The notes beneath the pieces were generated by a model. The model was not told where the DNA came from. It did no database searches and was given only the letters and a program-made list of their open reading frames with translations. The position numbers and the translations under genes are program-made. Positions 55,915 through 64,000 of a stretch of DNA of 64,000 bases are shown here, in pieces (position 1 is the stretch's first letter; every line of letters starts with the position of its first letter). Source of the DNA: Phoronis australis (lineage: Eukaryota; Animalia; Phoronida); NCBI GenBank assembly GCA_002633005.1, contig NMRA01000206.1:110551-174550 (forward strand), given 5' to 3'.

Positions 55915-56362
55915 TATGTGCACAACACTTTTCGTCCGATGGAGTGGTACCAGGCTTTTGATAACGTTGTTTCATTAAGAATAGATTCATGTTGTATCAT
56001 TGAGAGAGCCCCTGAGCGCTTTCACGAAAGCAGTACTTGGACCTAGAATATTCTGTTGATCCACACATAGCTGGAGTTCATATAGATATTTGTTTTAGCT
56101 AGGGGGCACTCCTAGATCCTTTCTGGCGCAAAGAGGATGTCTTACGAAGGGGTTTAGGCACTTCCGAAATTGTTACATCATGATTCCCGAACAAGGTTTC
56201 AATCATATTGCAACCATCTCGATTTTGTCAGGTACATGTACAATAAAGTATGACCGAAAATTCAACATGCCAGATTATATACCAGTAGCATTAGCATCTA
56301 AACTTGGCGACTTTTACTTTATTAACACCAACAGTCAATTTTCATGTGTGGTATCCATTCAC

Positions 56363-56836
56363 TCACGTTTTAAGTCCGTCGTAGAGTAGCCCTTCTAATA
56401 TATCTTCACAACACACCCAAAAGCGCCACCTGTAGCCGTCTTCCATGCGCACACATGTGCAACAGAACCTCTGCAAGGTTAGCAGCACCAAAATTACCCC
56501 GATGACCGTTAGTACGGCTTTAAATGATATGGTGCACCGAGGATGTGACTGACCATATTCTCCTGCCTCCCGTAAAGGCACGCCGTCCACTTTGAGAATA
56601 TCTTCCACAAAATAACGCTTTCTTCTGATGAGGTGCTGAGTAATATTTCTGATGGACATTACATGCTTCACACGTTCGCCCCCTTGTCTTTGTTCTAAAG
56701 TTTCAACTTCGTTCGGAATATGTTTTATTGTTACCGTTTCGTGTAGAATAAGACCTTTCCGCACAGTGCTGGACCATAACGGAAACGGTTGGATAATTAC
56801 AAATAATATCCTGAATGTAAGTTGAAGCATGGCCAT
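56363..56836 (-). CDS. Small single-pass membrane protein (157 aa) with an RRKR furin site and a Cys-rich juxtamembrane tail
   Basis: Open frame from ATG 56836 (or a splice acceptor at 56811): hydrophobic N-terminus, LIRRKR|YFV, TM AVLTVIGVILVLLTL, then QRFCCTC...WVCC, stop at 56363. Confidence 0.65.
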   Translation of the reverse strand: MAMLQLTFRILFVIIQPFPLWSSTVRKGLILHETVTIKHIPNEVETLEQRQGGERVKHVMSIRNITQHLIRRKRYFVEDILKVDGVPLREAGEYGQSHPRCTISFKAVLTVIGVILVLLTLQRFCCTCVRMEDGYRWRFWVCCEDILEGLLYDGLKT

Positions 56837-57120
56837 TGGCAGAGAAATCACATGTTTTCTGCTGACGTCAGAGATTGTGACACGTGGGTGTTTTACATGT
56901 ACGGAATTTCTTTAATAAACCCCAGTTTCTTGGGCGTTTACATGTATCAACTTATAGTGGCAATCTGCTAGGTTAACGGTCGAAACTTCAAATTTGGTAC
57001 ATGTACTGTAATCTCGCACCCAGGACAAATTGATCAATAGAGTTACACTATCGGCGAGACTTTTCAGAAATCAGTCGTGCGTGTATTCGACTCCTTGAAA
57101 GTTCGCGTTGGACATATTGC

Positions 57121-57294
57121 NNNNNNNNNNNNNNNNNNNNNNNNNNNNNNNNNNNNNNNNNNNNNNNNNNNNNNNNNNNNNNNNNNNNNNNNNNNNNNNN
57201 NNNNNNNNNNNNNNNNNNNNNNNNNNNNNNNNNNNNNNNNNNNNNNNNNNNNNNNNNNNNNNNNNNNNNNNNNNNNNNNNNNNNNNNNNNNNNN
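57121..57294. other. Assembly gap (174 N)
   Basis: Run of n. Confidence 1.
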
Positions 57295-58098
57295 TGAGCC
57301 TGAGTATAGTGAGGCAGAATACGGACAGCTGTTGAGAGGGATGAGACAGGGACTGAGGACCGACATAATGGGACGTCTTGGTGCAAATGCAACGTGTGCA
57401 CAGTTATGCCGACCTCAATGGAATGCCTGTGCTGTTCCCCCTGGATGGTGACCTGAGCACCCAGACCGGATACATCCAGCCGTGCGACTCCCTCGCCACA
57501 CACTTCGCACCTTCTAAAAAGCTACATTTTAGTGAAGTCCACAATAAACATATCAAATTTGGCTCACCGGCCTGACCGCTGGACGACGAAATGCTCTCCC
57601 TACTGGATGTCGAACTTGGTCTGTATTAATATCCACTTCTCAACATTGTTGTAGGGCTGGAGACAGCACCAGCAAAGAGCGAATCACTGCTAGTTCCCGG
57701 AATTGCACGCCCTGGCGTACGTTCGGAGACACGGGTGAGGGTAGATGAAGCGCCTCCAGTCGCTGCAGAGGCCACAACTCGCGAGGCTACTCGCTTCAAA
57801 AATGCACTTCTTGTGGGTGGCGCGGGGCAATATGGCCGCACCCTTCTTCAGGCTTTGTGTTGCAAGAACCTTCATCAATTCTGCGTATATACTCTTTTTC
57901 GTAATCCAACGGCAAAAAATGATTACGACACGCTGGGTAATTCTCCAATGCTTTGTGCGTTGCGCGGACGGTAACGCTGCGTTCTTCACAAGAACGGACC
58001 AAATACGGCGGAGCGTGTCATCTTTCGGAAAGCGGTGTAAAGGCGAGACGACAATGAGTACACCCCGGTACGTAGCAACCGTGCAGCATTTTGACTGA
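57295..58098 (+). pseudogene. GC-richer decayed coding segment with one or two ankyrin-like repeats
   Basis: GQYGRTLLQALCCKNLHQFCVYTLFRNPTAKNDYDTLGNSPMLCA has GxT/GxSP motifs 34 aa apart; the frame is interrupted by sparse stops. Confidence 0.35.
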
Positions 58099-60257
58099 CT
58101 TGTAAACAAACACAAACGACAACCGAAATTAACACAACCGAGGTAGAACACAGTCAGATTATATGAAAACGAAATGGAGGGAAATTCTTGACCCCCTAAA
58201 CGTCACTTCCGTTGTAAGTCATGACTAATTAAAAAAATAACGAGAATCCGCTATCAACTGAAACAAATGCCTGGGATAATCAACTAACCGTATTTTTACT
58301 AAAAATGACATCAAAAGAGGTTGCCTTCCCTTTAACTATTAAGAGATTCAAGTGTTGGTTTCTTGTGTCTCTCTTGTCACTGGTGAACGTCGTCTTCGGC
58401 AAATCAGCGTGCAGGAGGGAGATCTCCTCACCAAGTCTCCGTCAAATGGCTAAACCGATAAGCGCCGTCTTGAGGCTAAGTGACGAGGTTCTGGTCTTGG
58501 AGTCTTATTTCAGCAAATGTTCAGTAGAAATCGGCGACAATTGGCTCCCACTCCAACAGTAATTGCAAGAATGCACTTCAGGTCGTCGTAAAAGCGGTAA
58601 TGACCTTTTAACGTAACACTGTGACAATCTTTTGACTCGTCGCAGACGTGCTTGCAACATACATGTAATCCCTACTGTTACTCAGACGAGTGTCGGTATC
58701 ATTGTTAACGCAGTCGTATTTAGTACCACACCCATTACTATATACCTTCAATAAAGGACTGAAAAAGGGCATCTCAACTTTCAGGAAATGATAATCACGG
58801 TGTTATTTGATGTTCGCAAAATTTTGCCAAATAAAACATTATAAATACATGTATTTGCTGCAGGTATTTTGATGATAAAATGGTTGTGAGAAAAATAATA
58901 CATGTATCAGACGCGAACAAGACATCTTTTTTGGAGAACTCACCTTTTCAGCAAAGATGCAAACGAGAACGATCACATTACCGGATGTACACATACTTAT
59001 GCAAGTATATGCCCAATTTTTCATTTCAACAAACAAGAAGGTCTCAGAACCGTGTAGTGTCAGAGTTTTGGACTGCTACCTTGTTGATGGACCACTTGGT
59101 AAATTAAAAGTAGTTAACATACGTTTTGAGTCGACTTCTATAACAAGTTAATGAACAAGAATAACATCTCCTCAAACCAGAGGTGTGACAATGCAATTAG
59201 GAAGCTGCGTAGCCACACCCTTTTGCGTCTTGGCAATTGCGATCAGTGGTTGAGACATTTGTTGATTTTCGGTTTTAATCTTGTTATGATGGTGGGCTTA
59301 AAATAGAGTACGTGAAATAGGCCAAAACGTATTTACAGTGTCACCATAAACGCCTCATGAGATTACATGCAGAACTCGCGTATCGTCAGGGGCGTGTCGA
59401 ACAACCCCTTTGTGTCGCTACTTTAGCAATAATTTAAATTGCATTGAGCAGGCTAAAGACAGGTGATTTGATAAGGACTCTTCCCTCTGAAATTGTCATG
59501 CGACTTAAGATTATCCAATTTTGACTGAGATCAAGCGCCTAGTAACTTAAGTCCGACAAAAATAGCGAAGACCAAGTGCAATATTGATTATATATCACAT
59601 TATACCTTCAAAAATTCTGCTCGGAAATTTCGCCCATCAAAGCTATTTAAAATCCGAACAATTACACTGTACCACGGGTAGGCGTAAGTTACAACCTACA
59701 TGTAGGTGTTCCAGAATAGCTACACTCATTTGCAGCCTTCAGTGTGACGGTGATTCACCGATCCTTGCTTACATGCACATCACGCGGTTATGGAGACTGA
59801 CGCGAACTTGTGTGGTCGACGTAAACATTCATGTCGATCGTCATGTTTTCTCACCACACAGATCAACAGTATCGATGCCAATGTTGGAAATGAAAAATTA
59901 ACTTACTTGACTTTATCCTTCCTCAAAGCCAAGAGAATCAAATGCAGCCGGACCTGATCGATTGTCGTCTTATGTGACGGTGTCTGCCGATGCTCATGGG
60001 TGTAAAACTCTAGCTGCCTTTCAATCTGTTCCGGGTGCTTGGTTACATTGTCATATTCTATTCCGGGTTAGTCATACAGACACGCTGTTTTGAAACCCAT
60101 CCTTTCACCGAGCCATGACACACTGTACGTTTTAGTTTTAACCTTACACAGTTCACGTACGCGTACGTTATACTCGACTGAACACAGAAATGGAACTATA
60201 ACGAAGCCAATGTCCGGTTATATGGAGCGCGGGGCCGGAGGACAACAAAGCTCTCCC

Positions 60258-60411
60258 GCCTCCCGTTCAGTAACGCTAGGACCTCGCTAAAAAGCAATAC
60301 TTCGCGAGATTGCGTGAGATATTGGCGTGCATTTTAAATGAGAGCACGTGACTTTGACTAGGTTTTAGCTAGGTCCTAGCCTAGGTCCTAGCGTCTACTG
60401 AACGCACGCCT
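60258..60411 (+). mobile_element. About 150-bp MITE family, copy 3
   Basis: TIR GTTCAGTAACGCTAGGACCT / AGGTCCTAGCGTCTACTGAAC; aligns with 27054 and 10961. Confidence 0.85.
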
Positions 60412-60589
60412 GATTTGTCTGTATTTGTGATTTGTTGTACGAACACCGACATTTCTTTACGCTGACTCACGGTTTGTTAGATTGAAGTGTTACTTGTGTT
60501 ATGTTGGCATACCTGCATTATCACGTAGAAAATGAATCTGAAACTAAATAAGGCGATTCAGATCCTCCCAAGGATACTATTGTTTCACT

Positions 60590-60776
60590 GTCCATCATAA
60601 CAACTGCTGATTCTTTATCAGCTGGTTTAATTATGATTTCTTTGCTTGTAGCGAGATTTGTGAGGGCATATTTTTCGGACTTAGTAATATTATATTTGTA
60701 GTTTTGCTTTTTGTAAGTCATAACGTCATTAGTAATAGCTTCAATAAGATTTTCGAGGGCATGGTTTTGACTTTTA
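60590..60776 (-). mobile_element. Penelope-like retroelement fragment (pre-RT DKG-motif region); continues at 63951-64000
   Basis: NITKSEKYALTNLATSKEIIIKPADKESAVVMMD matches the PLE motif NL...E..AL..L....I.IKPADKG..VV.MD; removing the 60777-63950 insert restores WNPP|KSQNHALE. Confidence 0.85.
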
Positions 60777-61990
60777 CAGCACACATCACGAATTTTTGTC
60801 CGACCGGTCGGAAATTGGACAACGACCAGCCGTCGACCGGTCGTCTAGCCGACCAGCAGCCGACCAACAACGGTCGGCTAGGAGCCGTCTGCTGAGTCGC
60901 CTCTGTGGTCGGCACTTGGGTCGGTTAAATGGTCGCCTAGCGTAGACGACCAATTCGGATTAAGCGTGTCCTTGGTCGGCAATTACCATTTTATGACTTA
61001 GCGGGTGAACTTTGGACAAACAAACATTTAACTGTTCGCTGTTCGTTTACTAGTGGCAACTCCAGTCTTGACATAGGTTTATCAAGTTGTGTTTAACTAC
61101 TGAATGGAGGTAGATTCGAATCAACCAACAAATACGAAGTGCTTGACATTACACCAGCCTAAAACTTTATGTTGAATTAATGACGGGGTGGTAAAATCAA
61201 ACGTTAAGTGATATTGCGGAAGCATAATTTATAAATTTAGATATGATATACAGTACATTATGCACAAAAACAAGCACGGAATTTGAAATTTACAGTAAAA
61301 TTGCATAAAAATCCGAATACAACACTGGATATTTTACGACCTCAAGTGTTTTCATGCAGCGGAATGCTCAACAAGAAATTTTACTTAAGCAGAAATTAAA
61401 ACAATCCAATACATTGAGATTGTTTTCACACAGAATACCAAAGAGCAAATAGACCAAATTTCACCACGATAATTTATCAAGTAAGGACCAAAAATTCTTC
61501 ACTTCAGGATCAAAATAAAATACGACCGAACTGAAAATTTAATAAGTCAGGTTCAAAAACTTACCATGTCAGTAACTTTCACGCCAGAACACCACGTCAC
61601 CATCCCCAAGCATTGATCTTTCAAAGTGATAATGTCCGTACTATACGTATAGTAAACAAGGGCTATATGTTCAACCTCTCGCCGACAACAGACATATTAT
61701 CTTGGAAATGCGGTTGAATTTCTTTCGTCTAATCCACGTTTTACAATAGATGCCAATGTATACACATGTAGGTAGACACTGGATTGTCGTCATTGCATAA
61801 TGGGTGATCACGTAGTCTCCGGGCATGAAAATAATTCTCCCCTGGCGTGACAAGTTTTCCGAACTGACGCAATAAATCCTGGTTGCCAATTGTTTTTGAT
61901 TCTACAGAGATTTCAATTCCTGAAAATGTGTGTTCTGGATTTTTCCGCTTCAGCTTTCCATTCAGCTAACTAGTGCACAGCACAGTGTTT

Positions 61991-62240
61991 TTACTATCCC
62001 GTGGCGGCTCCGCTGCAACAAATCACTTCTGGTACAACCTTCCGTAAATGACGTTCGCATTTTGCACATTTCTTCAGGGTAACAGTTTTCCAAGAGCTAT
62101 ATATTCATGGGACAAGTTTCTGTTTGGTATTCAGTTTTATTTTCTGTCTCAGGTAGTCCTTGAGCTCATGCTCTGAATGTTTTGAAAACGCAACTCTTTA
62201 TTTACTCAGGTACGCTTTCCTGCCCGTGGGCACCAACTCG
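61991..62240 (-). pseudogene. C-terminal remnant of a Tc1-like (DDE_3) transposase
   Basis: HELKDYLRQKIKLNTKQKLVP*IYSSWKTVTLKKCAKCERHLRKVVPEVICCSGAATG** resembles the Tc1-family end WHELK..R....TK.EL...I..FW.TV....C..YI.HL.KV.P.VI...G.ATGY; the upstream W.PT..ES.P motif is frameshifted. Confidence 0.75.
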
Positions 62241-63657
62241 CTGAATTCATCAACCAAACATTTATTTTTGAAAATGCCCTCAAAAGTGTAGTTAAAACAC
62301 CATGTTGACCATAGTCGTCAGTGTAGAAAAGCGAAATGAACAAATATGTACACACTGCTCAAAGCACTTTTGTGGACATACGGAAACGCCAACGTCTCTG
62401 TCTTACAACTCTGCGTGTGCTTGGCATTTCTGACAAAGCGTTCTCATGCTGGAAACTTTATTAAGACTGAGCACCGTTTCAAAAAAATTTATTTTTTCTT
62501 ACAACTGAGCACAGAAGAATTATTCTGCGATTTCAGGACTGAAACGGAACCAAATCTCGAGTGGTGACTCATTAGAATGTGCAAAACTCGGGGAGGGGAG
62601 TGGGTGGCGATAGAAGCATGATTTTTTTTTATTTTCTCGCCAAACATGTAATTGCCACTTCTCATTCAGAGTCACTTACTACCTAAGGTGGCCAGATCAT
62701 ACGCTATCAATATCACCAGACGCTTTGCTTCTCAAAAGTGCACCTTTGTTTATTTTCTATCATTTTTGCCATCGCAATCGCTTTACCAAAGGTTCACGCA
62801 CATATGCGCGTAGAGACAAATACCTCTTCACCACGTATTCACATCTTCCCGTTCACAATTGTTTTATTTTGCATAATTTGTCAATATGTTGCTGACAGAA
62901 AATATTTATTTTTGGAACAACGTGAACGACCATCTGATAGGGGATTGCGTGTATACATGTAACTGCCAGCCCGGATTTTAATGTCACCGATACATGAAAA
63001 CGGAGTACGCAAACAGTGGTGTCACCGTCTTAGTTCGTGGAAATCGTAACCATAATATGATTTCGAAGTTAGAGCCATCGAAGTCCGTGGGTTTAGGGCG
63101 TGAATTCCGCGTCTGTACTGCAAAGGTCAATACTATGAAAATAAAATCTCCGGAGTGAGAGCTCTTCGCGGTGTAACAACTCACTCACTAATCCATCATC
63201 ATAGGCGCGTGATAGGAGACCGGTGAATAACTTAAAAAACGCAAAAATTTGCAGTTTGGCGTTACACAAACAAAATCTATTGCGGGCGAAGACTGCTAAA
63301 AATAGCTGCGTTTACAAAATGACTACAACTTTGTATTGACCGGGAAGCAACCAATCTAATACATCTTGTTAACGTCACGAGTCAAATTAAAGATCAAATG
63401 TAAATAAAACTTTCACGTTTTTCACCCAAAACTTGTTGCATTGTCCATAATCCAATGTTTACTATTACCGCTTGCCTTCAACCTTCGAATTAGTGGTGTT
63501 ACACAACCGACGTGAACTCATGTAACCGAGACAGTAAAACTAGGTTAATTTATTTGACCCTAACTAAGACGAATATGCATCGACACGCAAAGTGGTATCA
63601 GCCTGACAACCTATTACGCAACTGCTACTCAAGCCTAAAAATAGCAGCCGACCAGCT

Positions 63658-63810
63658 GGTCGGCTGATGGCCGGTCGGCTGATGGCCGGTCGGCTGATGG
63701 CCGGTCGGCTGATGGCCGGTCGGCTGATGGCCGGTCGGCTGATGGCCGGTCGGCTGATGGCAGGTCGGCTGAAGGGTCGGCTGAAGGGTCGGCTGAAGGG
63801 TCGGCTGGAG
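63658..63810. repeat. Minisatellite: 7 x GGTCGGCTGATGGCC then 4 x GGTCGGCTGRAG
   Basis: Direct reading; lies just inside the right TIR of the Tc1-type element. Confidence 0.95.
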
Positions 63811-63950
63811 AGTCGCCTTATGAGTCGGCACTGCGGGCGGCTGCCGGTCGGCTAATTTTTAGCTGATCGGTCGGCTAATTTGCCGACCGGTCGACGGCTA
63901 GTCGTCAACCAATTTCCGACCGGGCGGACAAAAATTCGTGATGTATGCTG

Positions 63951-64000
63951 TAGGTGGATTCCAATTGTTTTTTTTTTCTTGAAAGGATTAATGTCTAAAG
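63951..64000 (-). mobile_element. Upstream continuation of the Penelope-like fragment
   Basis: Minus strand reads LDINPFKKKK/NWNPP (frameshift in an A10 run), joining KSQNHALE at 60776. Confidence 0.75.

Larger units (their letters stand above)
60777..63950. mobile_element. 3174-bp Tc1/mariner-type DNA transposon (defective) with 67-bp TIRs and TA TSD
   Basis: TIR 60777-60843 / 63884-63950 (61/67 identical), termini CAG...CTG, TA at 60775-60776 and 63951-63952; transposase remnant inside. Confidence 0.9.

Noticed and set aside
63625-63855. QPTGH and MAGRL repeat ORFs
   Set aside because: Translation of the 15-bp/12-bp minisatellite within a transposon end.

Overview
Animal (probably marine invertebrate) nuclear DNA, AT-rich and mostly intronic or intergenic. 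It has GT-AG introns, microsatellites, tRNA-derived SINE heads, many TIR elements and a 174-N gap; nothing looks prokaryotic and there is no CRISPR. Three cell-surface protein genes can be built by hand. The first is the 3' end of a + strand single-pass EGF/laminin-EGF (MEGF/SCARF-like) gene at 2436-4809. The second is a nearly complete 9-10 exon - strand gene (52339-42203) for a secreted, probably GPI-anchored glycoprotein with a divergent ZP-like Cys pattern. The third is a small - strand single-pass protein with an RRKR furin site (56836-56363). At the right end a 3.17-kb TA-flanked CAG...CTG element carrying a decayed Tc1/mariner transposase C-terminus has inserted into a Penelope-like retroelement. 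The strongest unexplained signal is about 40 copies of TACATGTA (about 2 expected). Alignments of duplicated repeats inside the window show it arising by insertion of CATGTA at a TA, which matches the classic Tc1 excision footprint. All exon models, counts and domain calls were made by eye and need computational confirmation.
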